Below, piece after piece: positions 1 to 12,820 of a stretch of 40,125 nt of DNA. The first letter of the stretch is position 1. Each line of letters starts with the position of its first letter. The notes under the pieces are model-generated. The model searched no databases. It was not told where the DNA came from and saw only the letters and a list, made by a program, of their open reading frames with translations. A program made the position numbers and the translations under genes. Origin of the DNA: Vicugna vicugna (lineage: Eukaryota). The stretch lies in contig MU058792.1 of the NCBI GenBank assembly GCA_013265495.1, forward strand, positions 1 through 40,125, read 5' to 3'.

Positions 1-790
1 CCAGGTCAGGTTGCTCCTGGGAGGTGGGCGCGGTGAGATCAGGGGATGGAGAGGAGAGGTTTGCTGCCTATTGCCAGCTGGAGGATAATCTCCCTGGAGG
101 CCTGACTTGGGGGCGGCCTCTGCTGCCTTTCGTTCCCAGGTCACACTTCTCAGGGTCATATTGCCCCGGGGGTACGTTAAGTTGCGGGGGCGGCGGGGTG
201 ATGGCGAGGGTATGGAGCCTGCCACTTGGGAGCTAGTGGTTTAACTCCCATCTCCCCAGCAGCTAGGCCTGGGGGCAGCCTCTGTTGCCCCAGGTCGCAA
301 AGCACAGTTTCCCTGACAGCTTAGCCACCTGAGGTGGGTAGGATGTGCTGAGGGGGCAGAGGCAGCCGCCAAGGCAGCGACGGAGGGGGCTGTCCCAGGC
401 CAGCTGGTCTATTTGTTCCCATCTCTACCTTTGCTGCCCTTGTTTCCCAGGACGTCCTTTTCCACTTAATCCTTCTCCTGGGAGGTGGGCGCAGTGCATG
501 CAGCCCAAGGTCTGGGCTCTCCCCTGGGGAGGGGAAGAACTCTCTTGTTCTCCTTTGTCTTTATTCTTCAGTGAAGTGGTTACTGGACCCAATTTTAATC
601 CTGAGAAAGTGTAGCCTGTGTTACGGAAGAGCTGCTGGACAGTGTGGTTTCTAGGTGGGTTTTCATATCAGCTGATTCCCAAGGCAGGTAGGAAAGCTAT
701 TACTCTGAGCTTCTTAGAGTGGAGTTGGGGGATGGCCCCCTGTCCTCACCATACTTTTTAAAAATGTGTTACTCCCCTCTTTTCCCTAGG

Positions 791-902
791 TGACATTTTA
801 GGTTATTGGGTCACAGATGGCTGGCACACTCATCCCTGTTCTAAAACATCTTTTAAACTTGGGTGAAGTGATAAGTAGGGGAAGAAGATGATTTACTGAA
901 AG
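791..902 (+). pseudogene. Candidate degenerate penultimate exon of the gene remnant ending at 2678
   Basis: Pyrimidine tract and acceptor (ttttccctag|) before, strong donor (AAG|gtaaga) after; stops in all three frames. Confidence 0.35.
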
Positions 903-1879
903 GTAAGAATATTTAAATTTGCATTAAAGCTACATTCCGTCAATCTTTCTCAAATGATTTTTCTCTGATTCTAAATCCACGACCTAGTGAATGTTATACT
1001 CCTGTGTAAATCATTGATCTTCACATCACATTTGTTAAATGGTCAATGAGATTTGTTAAGCAGATTATTCCTGAAAGGAAAAGCTCAGGCTTTTCAGAAT
1101 TCCTTGTCTGATGTCACCCAGGCAGTCACAGTAGAAGACAGAGCTGACATAAACATCCCTCAGCTGCCTGAACTGCAAAGCTTCTGGGATTACTGATCCC
1201 TGAAATGCAGGTGACTCTTGATGATAATCTGGGGGATGGTTTACATGATCAGATTCTTCCAGTCCTGTAAATGGGTTCCGTGGCCCCAGCCCCGGGAGAA
1301 CTGGTCATAAGGGCTATATCGTGAGGGGTGGGATGGGAAGGCAAGGTGTAAGAGCTGGAATCACTGAGATTCCACATTCGCGAAACACAGACTCCAGAGC
1401 CTAATTGATGTCAGGTTCTGTTCTGGATTTGAGAGTGTGTTCAGACATGATTCTTGCCCTTCAGGAGTCACTGCCTGTGTGCAAGTAACCTTTACACAAA
1501 TCTGGGAAGGATGGAAATTAAGGAGATGGGCTGTAATGGTTCTCAGTGTGCCCAGGCTCGCTCTTCCAGGCACTCGTGGGAGTAACGAGAGTCATGTTAT
1601 TCACTCATTCACTGATGTATTACCCTTGAATTGATCATTTATCCCATAGTAAGTGAAACAAGGGGTCAGGAACCTGAGTTTTGTCCCCTCTCCTATCACT
1701 GATTGTATCTGTCAGTCGGGGGCCCTGCGTATGCATTGTGAAATGGTGGTATATCTTGCCCAATGGGGCAGCACTGACAGTTCTGAAAATCAGGGGAGTC
1801 TCGTGGGTAGGACAGCACCCTGACACACATGGCAACCCCCTCACCCCGTGAGACATCATTGTCGTGACCAGATGTAGAC

Positions 1880-2045
1880 GGCGGTGTTAAACCTGAGCGT
1901 GTTTAGTTATCTTGGCGGCTCTGAAAATACAGACTACCTGTCTCTACCTCTGGAGACTCGGAGTGACTGTACCCCAGAATTCTGCATTTTAAGAAGAACT
2001 TTAATTTTGATGAAGATTATCTGAGTGTCCCATTGAGAAACAGTG
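1880..2045. mobile_element. Degraded MER5-like hAT DNA transposon
   Basis: ctgcattttaa...ttgagaaacagtg motifs typical of MER5A. Confidence 0.4.
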
Positions 2046-2289
2046 TTGTGCGATACAGCAATATTGAGGATTCTCAGGGAATGATGTCTTTTCAGGATGG
2101 TCCAAGGGCCCTCACTTGAGACTTTTGCCTTGGGTTTAATTGTATGTGTTCAGAAGTGATGTCTCTCACTTCCAGTGCTTGTAAGCGTGCTCTGTGCAGG
2201 GACTTACACACAGTAAGTGGCAAAAACTATGATTCTTCAGGTCATCGAGCTAGATTGTGAGCGATCTTTTATTTTGGTTTTCTTTATAG

Positions 2290-2678
2290 CAATGCAGAGT
2301 CTCCCGAGAAGAGATTCAGACTGAACAGCTTTGTGTCAGACTTTGGAAGACTGCTGCTGCCCAAGGTGTTCTCTGGCAGCGCAAAGACGTAACGTAACCC
2401 TCTTTCACTGTTACGTCAAGGAAGAGGACCACTTGGATAAGGCCAAAGCTGGTATCTCAACCATTACCCTTGACAGTGATATTCGGCTCCAGGAAGCCAT
2501 CAGATGCAGCAGGTGGCCAGAGGAGGAGCCGAACAGGCTCATGAAATGTGACATCCCCAACTTCATCAACACGGACCAGAACTCTTCCTTTGGGGAAGAT
2601 GATCTCCTGATTTTGGAACCACTAATTTTTCTAGAAGATAAGCCAGTTGCTCAGACCTCACACAAAGACTTGAATTGA
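2290..2678 (+). pseudogene. Frameshifted terminal coding exon of an unidentified gene
   Basis: Acceptor ttttctttatag| at 2289; protein-like NAESPEKRFRLNSFVSDFGR in one frame switches near a 5-bp duplication (acgta acgta, ~2387-2396) to TLFHCYVKEEDHLDKAKAG...QTSHKDLN*; no frame is open from the acceptor; long AU-rich 3' region follows. Confidence 0.6.
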
Positions 2679-4197
2679 GAAACGTGCTTTGTCAAGTGTC
2701 TTTCTGAAGATGTGAATTCTGTCTCTGTATGGCAGGAATTCCCCTTTCACAAAATTGTATGTGTTTGTGTCTGAGAGAGAGAAATGGAGACAGACAGAAA
2801 GACGGAGACAGAAGAGCTCCCCCTCAGAAGAGAGCTAGTTAAGGTGAGTTTTTGTGCCTTTAAAAAACATTTGGGGTTTTGGGGGGGACAAAGTATTTAC
2901 ACTGTGTCATTCTCCTAGTTGGAAACCTTGGCCCCATACTCAGTGTAAGCGGCCTTGAACGGGGGGTGGCAACTGTGTGTTTCCTCTGGCTCTGCCACTC
3001 CCACGCTCTGCCTTTAGCATGTTGTTTTGCCTGTCAGGGCTGCCACCCTCTTAACTGTAAGGTGAGGAGTCTGGAGTAGGTGATCCATCCCAGCTCTGCT
3101 GTTTTGCAAATTTCTGATTTCGTATTCGGATGAGGCTGAGATACACCCAGAGCAGTATAAACCAGGCCCTACCTCCTTTGCTGGGGCATCCCTCAGGTCT
3201 GTGCCTTCTACTCAACCCTTTACTGAGCCCAGCTTTTGTCAGGATCCCAAGTGCCTACCGAGATGGCATGGGACGTCTCTCGTGGTCACGGTGGCCATCA
3301 TTTCTATTGGTTGTGCTGAAACAGCTCTTCTGAGATCCCCAGGCCACCCTTGCTCAAACCTGAGGACAACTCTGTCGTTTCTTTCCTAGGAGGAGGATCA
3401 ATGCATGGTGTACATTATGACAATCCTGTGCCCAGGAATGCACGGAAGGTTGTCAGCTGAGTGAGGGGAGGTGCCTCTGTGTCCCTGTGTCCCTGTATCT
3501 CTGTTTGCTCACAGTGCCCTGCCACAGGCTACTGAGCAAGAAGTGTTATTCACTATGATGTGTGTTTTGCAGACGTGTAGGTGATGGTCGTGTGGCTCCT
3601 GTGTGGGCTTTGAGCTGGGATGTTGAAGAGCTTATAAATACCTCATCAACATGTATTCGAGGTGGCCTGGTGCCACACAGACTTGATTCATGAAGGCATC
3701 ATGCCTGCACACTGGTTTGGAAACAACTTGGTTTTGATCAGTCACACTGCATGCATGTCTCGCTGCTAATCTATGGGTGGTTTTTTCATTTTAGATTTAT
3801 TCACCCAGTGTCTTGCTTAAGCTGAAAAATACTTTTATTTCACCAGAATATTCTCTGATTCTTTGTTTTCACACATCCAGTTTTTAAATTCCTTTAAAAA
3901 TTGTTCTGTGTTTATAATGCCTCCTTATTTCTATCATCTCTATGTTCCCAGTGGTCTGAGCCATGCATCAAATTTTATGTAGGAACTGTTCCACCAAAAG
4001 AAATCCCCTCGCCATAATACCTTTTGAGGAAAATACTGTTATTTAAGACTCTAACACTAAATCTTAGAACAAGCATGGAACATTTCTTGTAGTTAATACA
4101 TGTTCATGCAAAAAGAAACTTGATATTTTCATTGAAGAATGTTGATTTTAATAACTTTTACTAATGTGAATATTATTATTCATAATTTAAGTAACCA

Positions 4198-4203
4198 AAT
4201 AAA
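4198..4203 (+). terminator. Candidate polyadenylation signal for the 2290-2678 exon
   Basis: AATAAA at the end of an AU-rich 3'UTR-like stretch, just before repeats begin. Confidence 0.3.
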
Positions 4204-4332
4204 ACCACAGTTATTTATTATTAAGATTGAAAACTATTTACACGGTCTCTCGATTAGAAGACTGAAGTGTATTTAAAAGATGGAAAAATACCCATGATGA
4301 CACCATCTTTTTTATTAACTAAATATCAAGAA

Positions 4333-4490
4333 CTGTGCAGGGTTAAGATTTGACCACCTGCAAGCTGCCAAGTTAGCATGAGGTAGTTTGTGGATGCTGC
4401 CAGAAGACAGGACTCTCCTCCAGGATCAGAGACAAAGGACTTCCTGCCAGCACAGCAGGCAGCCAGTGGTTCATGTTCATGTTGGTTCCT
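4333..4490. mobile_element. Old ERVL-type LTR fragment
   Basis: tgcaagctgccaagttagc...ggatgctgccagaagac...tcagagacaaaggac resembles ancient eutherian LTR families. Confidence 0.45.
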
Positions 4491-4491
4491 G

Positions 4492-4940
4492 AGTTCCTTT
4501 CCTATTGCTGTAGTAACAAAGGACCACAGACTCAGTGGCTTAAAGTAACACACATTCATTGTCTCACTGTTCTAGGGTGCAGAAATGCGAAGTCAATGTC
4601 AGTGGGCTAAAACCAACGTGTGACCAAGGCTACGTTCCACACCGAGGCTCTTGGGAGGGATTCATCTTCCTACCTTTCCCAGCTTGCGGAGGGGCTCACA
4701 CTCCTTGGCCCCGGGCCCTGTGTCACTGTGACTTCTGCTGCCACTTCACATCTGTTTCTCCGACCAATCTGCCTCTCTCCTCTAAGGACCTCCGTGATGA
4801 CGTTTGCTTTCCCACAGTGATCTGTCATCCCAAGGTCCTTGACAGTCACACCTGCAGAATCCCTTTTGCCATGCACAGTGACATATTCCCAGGTACTAGC
4901 GATCAGACCGTGGACATATTGGGGGCCATTATTCTACCAA
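4492..4940 (-). mobile_element. MLT1 (MaLR) LTR, followed by MaLR-internal-like sequence to ~5135
   Basis: cctattgctgtagtaacaaa...cagtggcttaaa and gggggccattattctacca termini. Confidence 0.8.
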
Positions 4941-5204
4941 GTTCTTCCTTTTGGCCCCAATAGTTCTTGTCCATCCCACATGATAAATGCATGCACCTTA
5001 TCCCAACACCCTCCAGAGTCTCATTTACTACACCATCAACTCAAAATCCAACATGAAGTCTAACTATTATCAGCTCAAAAGCCTAAATATTTTTATCCTC
5101 ATCGCCTAAATCAGGCATGATTGTGACCCTGGGTATGATCTTCCCTGCTCAAAATCCTGCAATGGCTTCTCATTTCACTCAGTGAAGAAGCGAGAGTACT
5201 TATA

Positions 5205-5551
5205 CTTATACCCATTTGATAATAGGGTTGTTGCAGAAGTCATTGGTTAAGAAGAGGTCATTAGGGTGGGCCCTAATCCAGTATGACTTGTGTCCTGATA
5301 AAAAGGGGCAATGTGGACACAGAGACACGTGTACATGGGAGATGACGTGATGAGATGTAGAGAGAAGACGGTCGTCTCCAAGCCAATGAGAGAGGCCTGG
5401 ACCAGCCTCTCCCTCCCAGCCCTCAGGAGGAACCAGCCCTGCTGATACCCTGCCTGCAGACTCCCCGCCCCCAGGGCTGTGACACAGGGAGCCTCTGTGG
5501 TTCCCGTCACCCAGTGTGTGGTGCTGTGATAGAGGAAGCTCAGCAACTAGC
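5205..5551 (+). mobile_element. MLT1B/C-like MaLR LTR inserted in L2-like sequence
   Basis: attagggtgggccctaatccagtatgac...ggaggaaccagccctgctga; flanks 5140-5200 and 5552-5840 look like L2. Confidence 0.8.
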
Positions 5552-6239
5552 ACCCCCTTCTCAAGGTCCCCAGTGAGACCCACTCTGGCCATCTCATTTT
5601 AAACTGGAAACTGCCTTCCCCTTGTCTCTGCCCCAGAAACCCCCTCTCCCTGATCATATTATTTCTGTCACCTTCTAGAATACCATATATTTCACATGAC
5701 CGTCACAACTGTAGTTTATGTTCCGCTCTTCCTCAGTCCTACAGTTACAAGGATCCTTTTTTGTTCACTGAAGGACCTCAGGTGGGTTGGACAGTACCCG
5801 TGGCATAGCAGTCAATACAAATTGGCTGGATGAAAGGAGGGATCGTTCCTTACATTCACAGTTGAGTGAACGAAAATTCCGGGGGATAGATTGTTTCTCT
5901 CAGGCACCGAGCTGGTAAGTGTCAGGCCAAGGTGGGTTTCAGGTACCTATGAACCTGAGGGAGACTTGAGTGATTCCCTTTCCATTGATTAGTATTTCTC
6001 AGGTGTCTCTTTTTCTGGCTGTAAGTTTTGACCTGTTTCTGTTATTCTAAGCTTTCAACCAGTTTTAAGTTTTAATTCTGCTTTGTCTCAGGTAAACAAA
6101 TGAAACCTGTACATCTTTTAACTCATTATTTATTTCATCTAAATACATTGTGATTAGTGATGATGTTTTGTTTCTGGCATCTCGCTTTGTGATTTCTATT
6201 TGCTTTGCTCTGCTTTTCTCCTGCCTGTTACAGACCTTG

Positions 6240-6435
6240 CAGTCATGGTTAAGGGCATGGCGTCTAGAGACAGCCTATCCGGGCTCAGTTCCCTCCCTTG
6301 CTAACCATGTAACCAGGATACGTAATCCCTTTGAGGCTCACTTTCTTCATATACAAAAAGTGATACTATCCACCTCAAGGATTGTGAGCATTAAGTGGTA
6401 AAACAGATGAAGAACTTAGAATAGTGACCGGCCTA
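6240..6435 (+). mobile_element. MIR SINE
   Basis: MIR core ...gaggctcactttcttcatatacaaaaagtgatactatccacctcaaggattgtgagcattaag. Confidence 0.75.
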
Positions 6436-7884
6436 TTTTGTATTGTTCATTTTGACTTCTTTATTTTTATTCTCTTTTTAAACAATTACTTTAGAGATTA
6501 CTGTTGAATTTTAATGAACACCCTAGATATTGAAGATTAAAATGTTCCTTAACCCATACATTGAATTTTATATACCAAATGATATCTGTATCTTGTTTCC
6601 ATAAGTTCTGTTTAGTTCTTTAAAAAATTGATCTGTTTATTTTCATGATGTCCTGATTATTCATTATGTTACATAAGATTCATTTTATCTAAATGATTCA
6701 GCCATACTCATTTTATGCTCTCTCTTAGATTGCTTCATAATTTTAGGCTCTGGAATATTAATCGCCCTGTGTCTTACTGTTAGCTCTTTCTTCCCTGTGG
6801 CACTTATTTCCGTCTGTTTTCAGTTGTGTGTCTGTGTGTTTGTAGAGTTGTGGGAGCTTCCCTATAGTGAGTACAATTTTTTCCTATGATTGTCCCTGAC
6901 ATCCTGGTTTTTAAAGTTCCCATAGAGAACAATTTTGTGTTGCTTATCCTAAGGCTCCACATGATATGATCAACCTTCGATTATTATATTTTTTGGTTTG
7001 GGAATTCCGGAATTTTAAGTGGAGTATCAATTTGGATTCCACATTCATATATAGCAGGGGCATGGAGATTAGATTTTTTTAAGGGGGACTTTGTTTTTCC
7101 CTGCAGAACCGATTGTTTCACCCCTTTCCTGTGTGCACATGTGGAGAACTTTGAGTCTTATTACAGTGAAGAGGCAAGTCTTCCAATACGTCTTATGCAG
7201 AGGCTTTTATAAAGGAAGACTCTTCTACATCTGGTATGGACCCTTTTTCCTAAATGGACCTTGTATCCCTATTTATGTGCAGATGAAAACCCCATCCATC
7301 CAGGATGCGGTGGCATCAGCTCACAAGATTACAATTTTGGCGTTAAGTGTTCTCTTTGTATTGTCACCTGGGAACTTCTCTCTCCATAGTTAGCTCTGTG
7401 TTACTTTTGTTGTTGTATTTTATCCGGCATTACTGAAAGTTTTACTTAAAAGGGATCCTAATTAGCTCTGTTTACCTGTTTCCAGAGCTGAAAGCTTCAG
7501 TTCTAGAGTATTTGACTTTTCTTAAAAATATATTCCAGTATATTTCTCTGGTGAAAGTCTTGACCCTGTTATATATTCTCCCATCATTTCCTTATTTTCT
7601 TGAATATATTAAAAGTATTTTATAGCCTTTATTGGTAACTCTGATGCCTACATCACCTGGGCCTTTTCATCCTTTGTCTAATATTTCTTATTCTCATTTT
7701 ATCCATCATATAGCCTTGACATGTTGCATGTCTAGAAATTCTTTATTACATGGCAGACATTGCAAATGAAAAATCCATGTCTTACCTTCCGTGAGAGTTT
7801 TTCTACCTTCCCGTTAGGCAGAGAGGGTGAGGGACTGATCATCTCACTCCAATCAGGCCCTGAGTTGTGTCAGGACAGAAGTGC

Positions 7885-9445
7885 CTTTTTTCTTAAGACA
7901 GCTTTGCGGTATACTTGGCAAAATAATTTTCACACGTTTAAATTGTACAACTTAATATGTTTTGACATAAGTATATCCCGAAGAAACCATGACCACATTC
8001 AAGACAGTGAACATACCCATCACCCACAAAACTCTTCTCCTGCATTTTGTTGTCCCTCCCTCCCTCCCCGTCTATTCTCCTGGAAACCATTGATCTGCTT
8101 TCTATCACAACATACTGGTTTGCATTTTCAAGATCATTGGATGAATGGATTCATGCAGTATCTACTCTATGTTGTCTGACTTCTTTCATTCAGTGTAATT
8201 ATTTTGAGAGTCATCTGTGTTGCTGTATTAATAGCTTATTTTTCTTATAGCAGAGTATTGCTTAGTGCTGAGTTTTTCCTGAATAGTTTATTGTGAGCAG
8301 TGTTTGGTTAGACTATCCTTTGTTTCTCCGTTTACTTCTTGATGGATGCATGGGCTATTTACAACTTGAGCTATTATAAATTATATTGCAGTGAATATTT
8401 GGTTACAAATCTTTGTATGGACATATGCTTTTATTTTCTAAAGCATCAGATGAGGAATATCTGGGTTATATGGTAGAGAGGTGTTTACTTTTTTAAAGAA
8501 ACCGTTAAACAGTTTTCCAAAATGGTTGTGCTATTGTAAATTCCTCGTGGTGTGTATCAGTTCTGGTTACTCTATTTCCTTGCCAGCACTTTGTAAGGTC
8601 GGTCTTTCTAATCGTATACATTCTAGTAATTATGTGTACTAGTATCTCACTGGGTTTTAAAGGCATTTCTCTAATGACTAATGGCATCTTTAATCAGCAT
8701 CTTTTCATATGCTTATGATCCATCTGGGTATCTTTACTGAAGTGTGTTTTCTGACCTCATTCATTCATTCAGGTGTTTGCATTATTATTGAGTTCTGAAA
8801 TCTTTTTATTCTGGATCAGACACAAAGAGAGAACTTTACCAGATATATGATCTGCAAATAGCTTCTGTCTATGGCTTCTCTTTTCATTTGCTTTGCAGTG
8901 TTTAGAAGAGCTTTGAAGAGTCTTCATTTTTGTAAAGTTCACTCTACCAGTTACTTTTTAAAATAGATGATACTTTTGGTGTCATAGCAAAGAAATGTTT
9001 GCCAAACCCAAGGCCATAAAGCTTAAGCCTATGCTTTTTCTCCTAGCTGTTTTATAGTTTTAGATTTCCTATTAAGATCTATGATCCACTTTGAGTTAAA
9101 TTTTGTATATTTTGTGAGGTATGGATCAAAGTTCATTTTTTTTTTTGCATATCACTTACAATTCCAGCACTACTTGTTGAAAAGGTCGTTTTCTCCACTG
9201 CATCCTTTTTGAGAATCAATTGTGTATATAAGTGTTGGTTTATTTCTGAACTTTCTATTCTGTTCCATTATTCTATTTCCCTGTTTTATACCAACACCAT
9301 ACTTTCTGATTACTGTAGCTTTATAAAAAAAAAAAGGCTGAAAATCAGATAGTGTAAGTCTTTCTTGTTCAAAGTTGTTTTGGATATTTGGGATCCTTTG
9401 CATTTTTATATGAATTTTAGAATCAGTGTTTAAATTCCTTGCATC
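7885..9445 (-). mobile_element. Old L1 (L1M-type) 3' end with ORF2 C-terminal remnants
   Basis: Typical antisense L1 3' sequence; translated relics QPFWKTV and LTLSDFQ..YKATVIRK match L1 ORF2. Confidence 0.85.
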
Positions 9446-9968
9446 CTGTTCTGCCAAAATTCCACCCATGTCTTTGGCCATCTCCAAAGCCACATTTTCT
9501 GAAGAAGTCTGTCTAGATCCCAGGTGAAAGGAATTTCTCTTTCGTATGTGCTCCATTCACATTTCATAATATTTGATTACATTTATTCATATTTGGCTGT
9601 GTGTGCTTGTCTGATCTTTCCGGCCATATAGTAAACCTCTCAAGATTAGGAATCTTGACTTGGTTCCCCCTGTCTGCTGAGAAAATTAGTTCTGTGCTTT
9701 GCAGGAGTGAGCCCTGCAGTAACAGGCATCTGCAGCACACATCTAGCTCATTGCTTGCATATTGTCAAGGAATCCTGCAGATTTAGAATTGTTTATTAAT
9801 TGTTGTCTCCAAGACGGCTCAGTCTTTTTTATTTCTATTACTACTGCTGCAGTTTCAAAGAACAATGGGCTAATTATTTTCCAAATATCAAATCATACTC
9901 TAATTGTGTTGTCACTCAAATTATGTGCTGCTGTGTCTTAACAACCTGCTTAGTGTTCACAGGCTCCT

Positions 9969-10861
9969 TCACTCATGGAACTTTTGGGAGAATGACATAT
10001 CCTTAGAGATAGCACTACTGACTTTGGCGGCCTGAGCAGCAGTATCTGAACTCACTCCTGCTGTGTTTCCAGTGTCCCCTCTAGCCCTCCTCCAGCCCTC
10101 CATGGGGGGACCTGTAGTTCTGCCCTCGAAAAGCCTGTTGCTTCTCAGGAAGACTTCCCTATGAAACATAGTCATATCCTTCTTGTGGGGACATTCAGTC
10201 CAGTGATCTGACAGCGGGGGAAAAAGTTTAGTCTGCTCTTGGTAGAGCCTAAACTCTTCTATACTTATTAGAAGCAAATCCAATGAGGAAATTGTGTTGG
10301 CATCTAACAAATTAGCACAAATGTCTGATGAGGAAGATCAGCTTCCCCATCCCACTCAGGCGTCATGTTGATTTGACACTCACCTTGCCTAACATTTTCT
10401 TCTGTGCAACGTAAGTTTCAAGACATTATGAATGGCTTTTTGTTTTTCTTCCTTGGTCTTTCCACATTAACTGTGTCTGGTGAGATTATATGAATCCTGA
10501 TCATTTTCAGCCCAGCATTTACCCTTTTGAAAGGATCACATGTTTAAAAGGCTAGTGGACAATTTGTTAGAAGAAACAAGTCCTTAGATTTTGGTCCTAG
10601 AGTTGAATCTTGGTTAGGGGTGAATGAAAATTCCCATTAAAATTTTAAATTCAGTGTTACAAAATTTTAAAAATAGTTAAATATTAGTCAAATTCATTAA
10701 ACACTTTAGCTGTTATTTAATTTTTAGCCTGTTTCTGGGGCAATTTTGCAATGATTCCCTCTCTTTATTGATTCCCTCTTTATCAGAATCCTTGAGAGGC
10801 CCCTGTCTTCACTGTCAGTATCATCATCATCATCATCATCATCATCATGGAACTGATTCCT
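9969..10861 (-). pseudogene. Degenerate three-exon gene remnant (exons ~10861-10729, 10551-10384, 10303-9969)
   Basis: Acceptors at 10862, 10552 and 10304; donor AAG|gtgagt at 10383; exons join in phase 1 to give RNQFH-D9-TDSED...ETA/F*...RIHIISP...RKKNKK...*.../DANTISSLDLLL...; two internal stops and a weak GC donor. Confidence 0.45.
10820..10846 (+). repeat. (ATC)9 trinucleotide repeat (poly-Asp on the minus strand)
   Basis: Direct reading. Confidence 0.95.
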
Positions 10862-11117
10862 CTGGAAGATTATAGGAAAATAAAGAGATGGGTGGGGTTA
10901 TGTGTAGGTCAGTGTGTGCATATACAATAACAGTTATCAGACATTAGATGGAAGATATCCATTTTATTTAGAGATGAATGTGGTCATGAAATCCTGATGT
11001 GGTGAATGAAGGAAGCAGTGGGAACAGGAAAGTCAATGTAAAGGAGGAAGAAGTGAGCGAAAAGGGGAGCATAGATCCTTGATTAGCCGATCATCAAATT
11101 GGTGTGAATGAGGGGAG

Positions 11118-11882
11118 TGTGGTGGCAGAATCATGTTCCTCCCCCGCCACAGGGTAGCCAACTGTGACATGTTTCTATACATGGCAAAAGGGATGACAGA
11201 TATATTAGGAGAAAAATCTTAGAGGATTTCTGTCTTATAAATTGTCTATTAGCCTTTTAAACTCATGATACATTATTAAAGATTAGTGGAGGGCCACAAA
11301 TAAAAAGGATTCATATAATCTCACCACACATACTGAAGGTAGAAAGACTAAGGAAGAAAAACAAAAAGTCATTCATAAGTGCCTTGAACCTTAAATTGCT
11401 CATGAGAGGAAATGTCACACATGGTGAGTGTCACAGCCACATTCATAATGCCTGAATGGGAGGGGAGAAGGGGAACCTGAGATGAGACAATATGGTGAGT
11501 AGCCTGGATTGTCCAGGTGGGCCCAATGTAATCACAGGGGTCCTTAAAATGGAGGACATAGCCCAACTGAGTTTAAAATCAGAGGGGGGTGTAGCCATGG
11601 AGCAGTGTTCAGAAAGGCTGCTGGCCATGAAAATGGAGGAAGTTGTGGGGCACAAGCTAAGGAAGGTGGGTGACTTCTGAAAACTGGAAAATAAAACAAA
11701 AACAAGGAAACATTCTCTTCTAGATCCTCTACAAGGAAGGAACCCTGCTGTTAACTTGAATTTAGCTCAATGAGAACTGTGTTGGATCTGTGACCTCCAC
11801 AGCCATAAGGTGATAAATCTGTGCTGGTTTAATTTGTTAAGCTTATGGAAGTTTGTTACAGTGGTAATAGAAAAATATCATA
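11118..11882 (+). mobile_element. MLT1D-like MaLR LTR split by a ~265-bp insertion (11206-11470)
   Basis: tgtggtggcagaat...catggcaaaaggg | insertion | gaacctgagatg...ggtgggcccaatgtaatcacagggg...tttgttacagtggtaatagaaaa. Confidence 0.85.
11206..11470 (+). repeat. Inverted diverged copy of 10342-10600
   Basis: Shared blocks tagccttttaaac, ggattcatataatctcacca, aaggaagaaaaacaaaaag and ggtgagtgtca in opposite orientation. Confidence 0.9.
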
Positions 11883-12202
11883 GTGAGCGGTAGTGTAAGG
11901 GATTAAATTTCTAGGCTGGGGTGTGGAGAGGATTCTGACATTTACACCTAAAAACAACCAGGTGCAGTGGGAAGGTGATTTAAGGAAGACCTACCTGGCA
12001 TGGCTGTTAAGAGGACTGTTTGGTGTGAGGAGATCATTGGAGTAGAGGAATCAATTAAATCTCTACCAGAAAAATAATGAATAAAATCTAACAGGGCTTC
12101 AGTGTTAGTGGATGCAGGAATCAAACTGGGCAGAGAGATATAAACATTACTTTGAAACTAGCTACAGGTTTGATGATTGCATGTTGGGGAGAGTTAGCCA
12201 AT

Positions 12203-12552
12203 GTGTGGACTGAATGTTTGCATCCCCTCAAAATCCATATGTCGAAACCCCATCTCCCAGGGTGATGGTATTGGGAGGCGGGGCCTTTGAGTGATGATTA
12301 CTAGGATAAAATGAGGTCATGAGAGTAGAGCCTCATGAATGGGATTAGTGCCCTTATAAAGGGCCCCAGATTGCTTGCTTCTCTCCGCTCTCTGGCCCAT
12401 GAAGATAGTGGGAAGACAGCCATCTTCGAGCCATGAAGGCTCTCCTCTCCCAGATACATTAACCTCAGCCTCCAAAACTTAAGCAACATGCTGGTTGTTT
12501 AAGCCACCCGACCCATGGTAATTTGTTACAGCAACCCTGAGTGACGAAGACA
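12203..12552 (+). mobile_element. MLT1A-like MaLR LTR
   Basis: tgtgtggactgaatgtttg...atgaatgggattagtgcccttataaa...tttgttacagcaacc...gaagaca. Confidence 0.85.
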
Positions 12553-12619
12553 GTGGAGAATGCCTCTGAGTTTGACACTGATTGCCTGGAGAATGCTGAA
12601 ACCCAGGGAAGTGGGCAGC

Positions 12620-12820
12620 ACAGACGTTTACTCATTTAATCCTGGCAACGCCGTACGAGATAGAGTCTATATATTCCTCGCTATTTAAAAGGGAAGGAAA
12701 AAGAGGCACACATAACAACAACAATAATTTTTCCAAGATTCACACAGAACCCCCTGGAGGCAGAGTGAGAATTTATACTCAGGCAGGCTGACCCCAGAGC
12801 CCCTGCTCATAACTACTAAG
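12620..12820 (-). mobile_element. MIR SINE
   Basis: ctcatttaatcct...gaggcaca...ggcagagtgagaattt..ctcaggcaggctgaccccagagccc. Confidence 0.65.
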
